A DNA stretch of 62,054 bases, counting the filler, from Choristocarpus tenellus KU-1152 (Eukaryota; Protista; Phaeophyceae): assembly GCA_964200185.2 (NCBI GenBank). It is 13 parts of 13 records of this genome, joined end to end, with 100 filler letters (N's around TTAATTAATTAA, not from the genome) between each part and the next. Parts side by side here need not be neighbours in the genome. Positions count along the whole stretch, not along the records: positions 8,959 to 14,673 come from CAXNAD020009929.1; positions 14,774 to 20,058 come from CAXNAD020011268.1; positions 20,159 to 23,978 come from CAXNAD020017737.1; positions 24,079 to 29,677 come from CAXNAD020010286.1; 9 more parts are not named here. One strand, written 5' to 3'. Below the pieces are notes generated by a model. The model made no database searches, was not told where the DNA came from, and saw nothing but the letters and a program-made list of their open reading frames with translations. The position numbers and the translations under genes were made by a program. Positions 11,849 to 24,099 of this stretch are shown one piece after another (within the stretch, counting starts at the first letter, position 1; each line of letters starts with the position of its first letter).

Positions 11849-14279
11849 TTACTACCGGAATATCTACAGCACACACCCAAGCGTTGCTTCGAGCGCTAAC
11901 GGTGATGATGAAGATACAGACGAATTGGCTCAGGGAATGATCAATGCTGCCAAGGCAAGAGTCAGAAGATGCTCGGAGTACCATGATGTTCACCTCACTT
12001 TCGAATCATTTCCCTTTCCACACCTAAGGTTTTGTGCGCATTTTGCTCTTCCCCCTACCAAATATAAATCACAGGGTTGAAGTCCCCGAGGTTACGCAGT
12101 GCCCACTTCGATCTCATTGTGACAACCCCGTGGCCCTATATCTGGAAACTGAGGGGCCACCGTTTTATTATAATCATTTTTTTTTTCGGCACACTGTACC
12201 TATGTGCCTACATCAAGCATTTACTTCGTGTCCTTGATGTCCATTGTAGGGCCTCCTCCCGTCCATTGCTCCCTCTCTCTCTGACCTACTCTGCAGGAAC
12301 TCTGACTGGAGTACTGTACTGTTCAGTAGTATACTATTGATCTTCCCGATCTGTTACATCTATTGCATCGTTTTTGCACGCAGCATGGGCGTCTTGAAAC
12401 CTTGCGTTTCCTAGCCAACAAGGCACAGACAGGGGGCGAGGAGGGGGGTATTGGTACCTGTGTTGGGGAGCGGCTTGGGTGTCTTATGCTCCACCTGGCA
12501 GCAGAGAATGGACGTGAGCTAAGAAGAGTCTTTTGTATCCAAACCAACCGAAGATTTTTTTTTAACACATTTTGGACAGAGTGGGGGGGGGAGGGGAAGT
12601 TATAGATAGTGTTGAGGGTCAAAGGTGAAGAGAGGGAAGTGTTAAGGAGAAAAGAATAGTGCATACTTCTCCACACATGCTATTCTAGTATATTCTTTCA
12701 TGTGCCAGGGAGGGTCTTTTCATACTTTGTTGTATCAACACTGCACAACACAGTCTTGAGGGTTAGGATTCGAAGAGACTTTGTCTGCAAGATTTAGATG
12801 AGATACACAACCCATGTGGAGCCCAAAACACACAATTTTGGAGATTCTTATCTCTCTTGTTTGTGTGTCAGGTGTTGCAGGGAATGATGGGTTGAAATAT
12901 CTACTTTGAAATGTGCATGGAAGCAAGTAGTCAGCCTGGTAGAGCATAGGACACATTGGTGTGAATAGATTGGATATTAAATCAGGGCTGTAAACTGTGG
13001 TACCATGCTTAAGAAATCTACCACAGCACTATCTGGTGCGATAGTAGTTACAACATTTAATTCAGAGAGTTACAGTGTTTTTAGGGGTGAAAAAATGCAT
13101 GATATAAGATGGGCATCCATTGGCTTCTGAAGTGGGGATGCTTTCATAACCTGTCTTATCAATAATGACAAATGTGCATGGAGACAACTTGCATAGTATT
13201 CATGCCCCCCACCTCTCCAGCCCTGTCCCCTGTGAATTTGTTACTCCAAATGCTGACTCTGTTGTGAGTTAATCCTGTAACACCATGTCCCTGATTGCTG
13301 TGTGTGTAGATGTTTTTTTGTTTGTCGTGGTTGTTATGCCAAGATGTGTATGTCTTGGTGTGTTCTATCGGCATTTTGTCGTAATATGATTGAAGACACG
13401 TTGATGCTTGTGGTTCAAATGGATACACTCGTGTACTGCTTGCTGAAGTTTAGTTTAGGGCTAGAGCTCTTGCTATGTTATGCCTTTGTTTGCCTGCACT
13501 TTGCACGTCAGTGTTAGGGTCACCATTTAAGGGGATTTGCCAACAGCGAGGTGTAGAAAAGGTGTAGCTGCCATGACCTATACTGCCTAACAGGTTAACT
13601 TATAAATTAGAGTATGGACTGTACTTCCAAAAAGATGTAGACAGAGGGATGCCTTAACTCCTTGGTACTGATGGCAATGTGGTCTGATCCCGACCAACAC
13701 ACCGCATAAAGCTTGCTGCGGCATGGCGGCAACTCTGGCCTGTTGTACCTTGCCCCACTCAGACCACCACGAACCTTGTCCTTACACCTTGAAGTTCCAG
13801 CAGTGCCAATAGTGTGGTTTGGGTATCATGGGATGTTTGCATTCAACTCTTTTTCCTACTGCTGTGTGTGTGTGTGTATGTGTGTGTGTGTGTGTGTTTG
13901 TCATCGGTTGTGGTGGTGGCTGTTGTTGCGTGGGTGATACTTATTACCAGGAGAGAATGTAGTCAGGTACCTGGCAGATGAGCTTTGGGTGGATATTGAC
14001 GCCTGCACTGTGAGAGGAATGACAGCCCTGCACTACGCAACCAAGGTACATACTATGTGTGCAGGCGTGTTTGTGTCGGCATATGCAGTAATTGCTTCTT
14101 TTTGTGTGTGTGTGTGCGTGTGTGTGCTGTGTGCAACAATACCAGTGAGTTAAAAAAAAAAATTGTTTCCACGTTTTGAACTACTGTGACATGATCTCAT
14201 GATATTGTGGACGAGAGACACATAGGCATCTCAAAGTCAGTTCGTGTTGCATCACTCAAGGTGGAGTCGATCTCTCTCT

Positions 14280-14336
<57 letters not shown>

Positions 14337-14673
14337 ACACACACACACACACATACACATACACACACACACGCAAAGTACGTAAATATTTGCACTGGTC
14401 CATATTCTCCAACCGCCCCCTTCAACTCTGATCCCAGTCATAGCCATAACTGCCTACCTCTACACGGTGTTATCTATGAAGATTCTATGTGACTGCACCA
14501 GCGATTCGCCTCAGATCTTCCCTGACACTGATTGTTCTAGTTTGGTCATTGTCCTTGTCCCTCGTATATTGTGTGTGTGTGTGTGTGTGTGTGTGCGTAC
14601 CGTTCCAATTTGTGCCACCTTTTTTTTTTTTTTTTTTTTTTTTTGGCCAATAGGACGGCTGTTGTGTGAGAGC
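11849..14673 (+). CDS. Ankyrin-repeat protein, partial (exons ~11849-11954, 12384-12513, 13951-14045, probably 14654->gap)
   Basis: In-phase splicing gives MINAAK/HGRLETLRFL...LMLHLAAENGR/ENVVRYLADELWVDIDACTVRGMTALHYATK, which matches the ankyrin consensus G-T(P/A)LHxAA..G. The start of the first exon is uncertain. Confidence 0.82.
14270..14372. repeat. Compound (CT)n(CA)n microsatellite in an intron
   Basis: Read directly. It produces the spurious ER/SL ORFs in the track. Confidence 0.95.
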
Positions 14674-15429
14674 NNNNNNNNNNNNNNNNNNNNNNNNNNN
14701 NNNNNNNNNNNNNNNNNTTAATTAATTAANNNNNNNNNNNNNNNNNNNNNNNNNNNNNNNNNNNNNNNNNNNNCCAGATGCTTTGACCCCCTTTACATTC
14801 AAGCCTTCAACCCTCTACATAAACGCTTAACCAGAAATACCAAACATACAATCAATTCAAGGTTCAACGAAGTGGTAAATATATATATGTTACCCTATAT
14901 CTGGAATCACTGGTGTCACCCATTTAAATTGTCTGGTTCTGTGGTGGCGTGGTTCGCTCAAGCAAGGATGGTGAAGAGAATCACACGGTAAGGCGGACCA
15001 GACCGGCGAAGATGAACCGTTACTGATAGAATGGGGTTAAGGTTTTACAAATACAGAATCTTACTGGGACGTCCATCTCCGCAAGCAGTAGTTAGATCTC
15101 ACCGTGTTCGTCGCAATCAGTAGTATGTAGGAAATTCGATGTAGTTGGTGTTTGATGTAGCATCATCACGATTGGATACACTCCAAATAAGTTCATGCCA
15201 TAATACAAAGAAACACAGACACCATTATCGGTTGTAATTAACAAAAAGGCGACGAAGGCCTCGTTCAGAAAAGGTGCGTACCAAATTAAAACACTTATCT
15301 ACGAAGAGTTATGGATGGAGGCTGGAATACTACGATATTGCCTAGTAAGCGTACTTAGCGCACGGAGTATTGTGACTGCGCAATCAGCAAAGCACAGTCA
15401 ATCACGGGGGGGAGTGAAGTGGGCCTTTA

Positions 15430-15688
15430 GAGTGAAAGTATCTTAGAGGGTACGAGTTTTGCCCTGTTTGTCCATTTGGGGCTTGGCTCCCCATAGGGTA
15501 TTTTATGACATTTTCCTACTCCAAAGTGTTTTGGAGTAGGTAAAATGTGTATGTTATGAAATGGTGTGTCCGGAACAAGGATACTGACACTTCCTAAGAA
15601 ACACTATAGCCATTTTTTCATCAAAATCGCAACAATGGATTTTGACCTCCGAATGGACGCGGTCCTACCCTCTAAGATACTTTGGCTC
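15430..15688 (-). mobile_element. MITE family B, full length (259 bp), TSD TTTA
   Basis: ttta|GAGTGAAAGTATCTTAGAGGGTA ... TACCCTCTAAGATACTTTGGCTC|ttta, with an internal hairpin cctactcc-aaagtgtttt-ggagtagg. Confidence 0.92.
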
Positions 15689-17325
15689 TTTAATCAATGA
15701 GGTGAGTATATGTGTGTCATGTTTCTGTTGAGTGCGACTGATATCTTTGCGACTCTGGCGTCAGAGTCAACCGAATTTAGTGGTGACAAATCCAGCTCAC
15801 TCAGTGGGACCGGGGGATGGCGATAGGGTGGGCAAGTGATGTTCTGGCTGCTATACTCCAAAGTGTCAGAGTGATGTTTTAGTGGGTTGCAATTTAGCAG
15901 GAGGGTGGAGAGGAGAGGAAGGCAAAATTACTCATTCTTCACTATATCTAACGGAATCGATGTCACATAAGAGGTTCTTGTGATATTCTCTTTGTGTCTC
16001 CTCTCCACCAATAGTGTTCGACCATTTTCAGTTATGAACCCAGAGGATTGCAAGGGTAGGGGTAGGGTAGCCAAGTTAACCCATGGAAGGTTGCTTTAGA
16101 GCATGTGTGCGATACTGAGGTTGAGTGTCAATCTGGTTCTTTGTCAGTGTTTTACTGCAGAAGTGTAATTGCGATAAGTGAAGAGCGCAACACCTCACAA
16201 CAATGTATTAGATGGGGAGAGGGAGAGCTAGGTCGTGCTGATCATCGACTTGAGTGGTGCCAACCTCTGAATATTTATGCTCTACAGGAGTATTTCGAAT
16301 TACCGCTCAAGTCATTATTACCATCTTAAGGATATGGGGAAGGTGAAAAAGTAAAATAACAGTTTGGATCAATCCAAGCGATGTGTAACTGACACTAAAG
16401 CAAATTACTTCAAACTGTTACCACTCAAATCACCATTAGTGTTTTATAGATATGTCATTATGAGCGAGTGGAAAAACGATACAAATAGAAATAGCTACCC
16501 TCGTAGGCACCCCAGGTGGTGAGGCAGTGATTTGGGGGAACTGAGGAGAGTGCAAGCATAAATTATAGTTTTGTTGTATATAGGAATGAAGATGATAAAG
16601 TTTCCTTCGTGTCCTTCCTTGAATCTAATATATAGACAACAATCATACACACACATAACTATATATATAATGAACTTAATAATACAGCCTACAGCTTCAG
16701 CGACAATGCTACCTGTACGTTTCTTCCTTTCGCAGCTGTCCAGATTTTAGTCTGTATCTTATTATCATCATACCGAATTTCCTAGACAGGGGTATAGGCA
16801 GATATATTTCCGAGCTGGATGCCTTTTTACACTATTATTGCTACGAGTATACACTTTTCACGTTACCCTACATACACGATACAACCTATTGAACACTTCA
16901 AGCAATATATACCTCACACCACGTATGATATACTTTTGAGTACATACTATAATACCAGGACAGATATTATTGGCAATACTTACACGTCTAGCGACAACTC
17001 CAACCTGATATCCCAAACATCCAACCGCATATATATACCCCATTAGTTATTTCACATGCAGGTACCCTTCACGTACGTTCCTTATCTATGTATACAACTT
17101 GGTATCCTTCTCCAATTAAAAACCGAAACAGGTCTGATCTCTCAACTTCAATCTTCAACTCCTCCACTATCTATCTTGAACGGATCTGTGTTCGTATATC
17201 ATTTTGTCACCCATTTGGAGAAGATGATGTACTCAATTAATTCCACGTGAAATGTGGCATCCTTTCTGGTTTTGTACTGATCTAAAATAGGGAGACTCTA
17301 AAATACAAACAGTGTGAAAAGCTTC

Positions 17326-17397
17326 CTCCCTCGCCGGGAGTCGAACCCGGGTCTCCTGAGTGAGAGTCAGATATCCTAACCGTTGGACTACGAGGGA
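17326..17397 (-). tRNA. tRNA-Glu (anticodon CUC)
   Basis: The reverse complement TCCCTCGTAGTCCAACGGTTAGGATATCTGACTCTCACTCAGGAGACCCGGGTTCGACTCCCGGCGAGGGAG folds as a cloverleaf. It has a 7-bp acceptor stem, a CTC anticodon and a GTTCGA T-loop, and is followed by a T4 Pol III terminator. Confidence 0.96.
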
Positions 17398-18476
17398 ACA
17401 CATGATCGACTTGGTGATATATTTATTTAAATTATTACAACAAGAAGGACTTAATACCCAATTATCAGCATTGTGATTTCAGGGGAATATACGTTAGAAG
17501 ATTGGACCAGCGCGATCTAGATTGTAACCTGTACCGGGAGGCAAACCGGTTGTGGTAAATATGTGGTAAACAGGGTTGGACAGGAGCCATCGGAATCTTT
17601 AATTGAACCAGACCGTAAACCGGTCCTATGCAAATGGTTTACCGGGTCGAAACAGGGTTGTTGAAGAATATATTCAGACCGGGCCTTGACCTTGTCGTGT
17701 TCAGAAAATATAGCAATGTACAAGCTTCGTGAAGCTCCGTGATTGCAGTCGTCCATTTCCTCGTAGTAGTTGGCCACCTACTTGACTAGGTAGCTGTTGG
17801 GCCTCAAATATATAAGATGTTCTGCCTTTCCTGTATTAATGCTACGTTGCAACATGCTAAGTGCGATGGAGATACTCGAGAATTTTCTCTCGGCCTGACA
17901 ACTTGAGCGGTCAATGCCATGGTAGAGTCTGGTCCGGTAAACAATGTTAACAGAGGTAGTTGCGCCTTCTGCAGCACCTTGTGCCAGTCTTCAGAGTAGG
18001 CTTCTCCTAGTACCCGAGAAGGCCGAACTCCCCCTCTTATACTACCACACACCCCAGTATGCACTTGGTGATCCCTGTTCAACCCCCCTGAAAGTTTGAC
18101 CTGAATAGTAGGAAGCCAATCACTTTGCAATACAAAGCAACTCTGTCGTTGTGTTCGTCTCATCCTCTGCCTTGGATTGTATTGGTTGTTGGCCCCGCCA
18201 TGACAGTATTTTATAGACAAATAAATGTCAACTGGACGCATAAATTTTTGTGTAACACAATAGATGGTGAATATTTTACAATCCATACTAAAGTGGTACT
18301 AGTAGCTTATGCCTTCTTTAAGAGTAGTAACGTGGTCACCTCCTGCTGCTGATCCAAGTCTTCAGGAGTTCTCTGTTGGCCTTTGTACCTGTCGTTGCTG
18401 TAAAATTGATACCCTTGCTTTGGTTGGGGCATAAAAAGGCTCCAAGCACTTAACTAGGTACATTGGATAATGTTAT

Positions 18477-18860
18477 GAGCCAAAAAATCGTAGAGGGTAA
18501 AGCCGCGTCCATTTGGAGCCCAAAATCTAATGTTGCGATTTCGATGAGATTTTGGCTATCGTGTTTGTTTGGAAGTGACAATATCCTTGTTTTGGGCACA
18601 CCTTTTCATTACGTACACATTTTACCTACTCCAAAACAGTTTTCGGAGCAGGTAAAATGTCATTAAAAACCTGTGGGAAGCCAAGCCTTAATAAATGGAC
18701 AAACAGGGGAAAACTCATACTCAAGAGTGAAAGTATCTTAGAGGGTACGAACTTTGCTCTGTTTGTCCGTACGGGGCTTGGCTTCCCAACTTTTTAGACA
18801 TTTTCCTATTCCGAAATGTTTCAGAATTGGTAATATGTGTACGTTTTTTGGAGTAGATTT
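18477..18860. mobile_element. Two adjacent, oppositely oriented MITE family B copies (18477-~18722 and partial 18725-~18860)
   Basis: Family B termini (GAGCCAAA.., GAGTGAAAGTATCTTAGAGGG) and internal sequence. The second copy ends where the mariner TIR begins. Confidence 0.8.
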
Positions 18861-18871
18861 AATGTATAAAA

Positions 18872-20058
18872 CTACCTCCGTGCCATAAGTCTGTTCCACG
18901 TTGTCCATAACTTTTGAACATATTGACGAAATTAATCTCTGAAAAAAGATTTGGAATCCTTGAGACGAATTTCTGGTTAGGCTCAGCTCATTTTATTATT
19001 ATTACTCCCCATCCATCACAATTTTGTCAGCCACAGAAAAAGTCTCCATGTCTACCTTCGGCGTGTTTCAAGCTCACCAAACAACTGCTTCTTCCTTACC
19101 CTCTGTGTGCTCCACACTGGAGTCATTCCCTCCTTTGTATCTAAGTACTTGATTGTACACCACAAAGCGGAGCTGCCGAGCCCTCTCAAGTGTGGTTTCG
19201 TCATACTCCTCATAATGTTTCTTAATGAACCTCACCATCTCCTCAACGGACCCAAACCACTCCCAAATCACCCAGCATTTCAAAGACCTGAAGAAGCACA
19301 GGTCCATGATATTGAGGTTGGGGGAGTTTGATGGCTGCATCACAAGCCTAATCCACCACCACCCCTCAGTCTTCCCCGCCCCTGACAAGATTTCTGAGTT
19401 GCCCTTGCCCGTGTGTGGGGTGGCACCGTCTTGCTGGACGACAACGTGCTTCCCCTGCAACCAAGGCATCTTGGTCTTGATTGCAGGCAGTAACTCCTCC
19501 GTGTAGCACTTCCTGTATCACATATGGTCTAACGTACAGTCCTGCTCATACACCCTCCCCCTCTCTATGGTTCTTGCTTATCCTGTCTGCCGTTTTGGCA
19601 CACACACATGCCAAACACCAAGCTTTCCATCAAAGTTGTGAGCCGAATCTAGGTGGACGTTGGCTGCAATGATCACGGTTTTGTGGATATGACTCTGACA
19701 CAAAGCACAGTAGGGGATCCTGGAAGATCGCTATCATCCTCATGCGGAAATACTCTAACCTTTTCCCCATCAACCATCACGTCAAACCAGGTTTCAGCCA
19801 CATGGATCATATTCACCATGGAGGCGTACACACACTACGTTTCCGGTGCACTTGATCGCAAACAAAGTCCATTCTACATAACGTTTGCCACGACATAAGG
19901 TTGAGTTTGATCCAGTGGCGATTCTGCATGGCCCCCGTATCATCCAACCACCTGTTTATGGTGCTTGTGCCATAATTCAGCCCCTTGGCGGCCATCTTCA
20001 TATTCACCTGACGCACTGTGGAATTGATACTGTTACAGCACGCTCCAAAGCTTACCTC
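18872..20058 (-). mobile_element. Degenerate mariner (DD39D/plant-type) transposon with a Stowaway-like TIR
   Basis: VQQDGATPH...QPSNSPNLNIMDLCFF catalytic region at 19074-19469. The end reads CTACCTCCGTGCCATAAG at 18872. Confidence 0.85.
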
Positions 20059-20205
20059 NNNNNNNNNNNNNNNNNNNNNNNNNNNNNNNNNNNNNNNNNN
20101 NNTTAATTAATTAANNNNNNNNNNNNNNNNNNNNNNNNNNNNNNNNNNNNNNNNNNNNATGTCGCCGTCATTGCCCTCCATTGGGAACAACATCTGTTGC
20201 CTTTT

Positions 20206-20383
20206 GACTCAAAGTTTCTAGGGGGGGGGGGGGATCAACACCAGAGTGTCCATTTGGACCAAAGCAGGAAAAGTGCACTTTCATTATCCATCAAGCGTAT
20301 GGAACCAAATCACCCAAATATCGCGACATGAAAAAATTGGCCCCAAAAGGACAGCCGCTACCCCCCCCCAGATACTTTGAGCC
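20206..20383 (+). mobile_element. MITE family A, full length (178 bp), TSD TTTT
   Basis: tttt|GACTCAAAGTTTCTAGGGG ... CCCCAGATACTTTGAGCC|tttt. Confidence 0.9.
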
Positions 20384-20753
20384 TTTTGCGAATGAAAACT
20401 CCGATGCAGGTGCTTATTGCAGCAGCAGCAGCCTCACTCAGCTCAAAAATGTTGTTATTAGTTGCCCAAAAACATTGTATGATAGACTGCTTCCTGGTCG
20501 TCTACAACGGGCTGTGGGAGGGACAGGTCATGTAGTGGTCTTCCAGCCCTGTACGTACGTACTTCCTACCGTCCCGATAATACTGTGTTTGCCTTGAATG
20601 CAGCAATAGAAAACAGGACGAAAGACATTTGTTGTTACCTACACTCGAGTTTTGTTACTAACCTGATACTTGTTAACAAGTGGCCATTTTTTTACAACTC
20701 TAAGCAGATATATTTGATTTAAAGACGTGATGTTGCTCTCCCCCATTCACCAG

Positions 20754-22942
20754 ATTATCCAAGCGGATTGGCTGGTCATCGCCAATAGCACCAGTAGCGC
20801 CATGCGGGCTAAAGCCGACGGCAAACCTCTCGGCTTCGTGTTCATGTCTGTAGACGCGGCGAACCAGACATCACACGCACTCCCAGCACTTTACCCACCA
20901 ACCTACGGCGGTGACAGGTAACCACACGCACGCATAGTCCATCTGTCAACAAGTTTGCAGCCGCACGCAGAACAGAATAGGCAACCCTGTTTTATTCTAC
21001 GAATGAGTGCAAAGTCCCAAGAAGTAACCGCCAAAACAGACGCACATAATTCCACTACCTATTCCGTTCATCATGATGATGACGCACCGCAACACCTTTC
21101 TTTACACGTTTCTTTGGTTCATGTCTTTCTTATCAGGGGCTACTCCGAGCGCCAAAAGATCATGAACGCACGAGGCCAGTTCGCGGAGGTGTTCTTCACT
21201 CCTATCAATCTTAGAGGAGGTATGTATTGTGGGTTGTGGCTCAACAATCACATGACTGAATAGATGCTGGTTGCGCACACACCACTTGATTTACTGTCAT
21301 GGCGAGTGGACCCGCCATAGGTTAGATACCCGAGGATGAGTTCATCCTTACACGGTTTGCCTACAGATACCGCAGGCCTGGTGAACAATCGATTAACTGA
21401 CGATGCGCTGTGCTCCACAGCCCTCGTACGCCTCAGCTTCGGAAGGGCGAGAGGAGCGTAAGAGCTAATCAAGGAGGAGGAAAACCCACAGACATGTATA
21501 TCAGCCAGTCGGGTGTACGTGCTCTACATCGCAAAAATAAATTCCATTACCCCTCTTTTTAACTCCAATTAAATAATGCGTAAGTAAGCAGAGTACTATT
21601 TGCCAATTAACGACGGACATCATCATTCGCGCAGGTTGTAACCTTGTCTGCACAGCCACCCACCTTGCCCTCACAAGGCTTATTGACAAGTACCACAACA
21701 GCCTCGATCACGCGGGGAGTTGCATCATCCAGCACGCGGATTGGTAGGTTAGTAAGTTTCATCTTGACGCGACCTACTCAACACATACTCGCCAAATACC
21801 GGTCACCAAGTAACTAACTGCACAGTCTTTAGTTTTGGTTTGTGTGTTGCAACCTGCATGTATGATGGCGCTGAAGTAAAGCTTGCGCTCTAGCACTACT
21901 GGAAACATGCCCTGTTCCTCCACGAAACGTGGTGAAATGGGCTGACATATCGGCCTCACGCCTATCCCTCCCTCCCTCCCCACTCCCCAAACTGGCCAGG
22001 TCGACAACTGCGTCTCAGAGAACAAGAACAATTTCTTTCTCGGAAATGCGGGGCTGTTGGTCGCGGCGAGTGTCATTCGTGTGGTCGAGATACATTTTAT
22101 GATGGTGGGGCACACGCACATCAAAATCGATCAGATCTTCTCCAGGTAATTTGGCAAGATATACAAGTCCGATAGCCACAGTGTTTTTACACGGACAGAT
22201 ACTGCCTTGAGACTTGCAGTTCACGCTTGTTACGTCCATGGAAGGTTTATGGTCATACCTGCAATTGATTGATTGGCTTTTGATTTCCCCACACAACAAA
22301 ATTGCACGATAAGAGCAGCTGCCAAAACTGTTTTGTAAAATACTCTCGAAACAAAATAATTAAAAAATGTACGCATCACCCCTTTTTATATTTATACTTC
22401 CATATACATGCATCAGAGCATGTGCCTGTATATATATCTTGCTTCTCCACTTCGTTTCTTTCGCCCCCGCCTCAAAATTAACTTGCTTGCATTTCACCTT
22501 CAGGTTCTCGCGTGGTATATAAAAGGGAATAACATATTCACAAGAACACAGCTGGGTGAAGAGCTGCAGGCCTCTTACATGGACATTCCTGTCTACGGCA
22601 AGACCCTACGGAACGAGGGCAACTTCAAGGGACTCCTTCACGGTCACGTCAACCGTGTTCCCAATATATCGAGCTACAGGGCTTTTTGCGTTGAAAAAGG
22701 CGGTGATGGGCGGGTTAAGGTTAGCATACAGTAATACATGCACAGCACCGCATGGAGTGGGATAGGTGGAGACGTTACTATCGACCCCAACACCCCTCCG
22801 CACGACCTCTTCATCGCCCACCTGCCTCCTCTCCAAGATGCACCACCCTACCAGCTCAAGAGCATTCCCGAAGACGTCATCCTGAAGATGGAACAGCAGT
22901 ACCAGGCGTCGCACGAGCACCTCGCTGCTGCGTACCCACTGG
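20754..22942 (+). mobile_element. Sola-like DDE transposase pseudogene, copy 2, with at least 5 exons (20754-20917, 21137-21219, 21635-21732, 22000-22145, 22504-22942)
   Basis: The spliced product contains FMSVDAANQ..LP (first D), GGCNLVCT, IIQ/VDNCVSENKNN (second D) and FMMVGHTHIKIDQIFS (third acidic residue). Exon 5 has a frameshift (~22517) and a stop (22732), and the exon 3 donor is non-canonical. An acidic, possibly C-terminal exon remnant lies at ~23180-23660. Confidence 0.75.
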
Positions 22943-24099
22943 GTAAGTCGATTTTTTCGTGAGGGGAGTGGATGGCCAATTTTTGTATTCGGCGGCAGCC
23001 AAAAAAATCTGGTGCAACTTCTGTACGAGGCAGCCTTTACAACCTTTACAACCTTTACAAAAACAATCTTGGAAAATATTCCATTCTCATGCGTAGTGAT
23101 CGTCGTATGTCACAATAAAAAAGTACTATAGATTACCCCCGATAAATGTTTTGAGGTACCAGTCTTGTACTCAACAGCGACGAATCCGACGAAATCTACA
23201 CCCTCAATCTCACTACATGCTCCCCGAGCACATTCGTGCAACCTCACGCCTGGTTACAAAGTAACATTCATGCTTCCATACCACTGATGTTCTCATGCTC
23301 ATGGATTCCACCTTCACGGACGAGATGAAGCCATTCAGAGAGCGAAACACGAGGAAAGCAAGTCTGCGCGGCTTCTCAAAAAGACAGGGGAACGAGAGTT
23401 CGACCTCCCAGTCCATTGACTTCCCACTGATGACGATGGCGCTGGAACTGGTACCAGCGACGTCGAAGACACCGACGAGGGCGAACGTTCGGGTGGAGGA
23501 GGTACTCTCGTCAGCGGTGACAATGATCTCGGCGGGCTCAAGGAAACAGACTCTTCCTCATCGGACAGTGACACGGAAGAAGCTGGCTTCCGTCGACGGG
23601 GTTGGCCTCGTGCTACCTTGACATCGGCGAATGATGGAAACCTCGTCTCCATGCAGGAAGGCAGGTTTGCCTTTTTGTGGCAATGGAGGCGCCGCTCTTG
23701 GTCGGCAAGATCCTAGCGGAGCGCGTTGGCGAGGACGGGGAGCATGGGGTGGATCTTCACTGACTTCGGCCGACCAGTGACTACGCACGTGACAACGCCG
23801 CGTTTATGACCCTTGACAAGTGCGGGAAACGTAGTTTTGTCGAAGGCTACATACACGCTGGTGATAGATCCGTGCAAACTGGGAAACAGAAGCGAGTTAA
23901 AGACGCAAGCTGGGAACCCGTGGCAGGTATTGTTTCGACTTGCGAGAAACCTGTTGGGAACGGCAAAAAGATTCCTACNNNNNNNNNNNNNNNNNNNNNN
24001 NNNNNNNNNNNNNNNNNNNNNNTTAATTAATTAANNNNNNNNNNNNNNNNNNNNNNNNNNNNNNNNNNNNNNNNNNNNGACAGCAACTAACTGAGGTGT

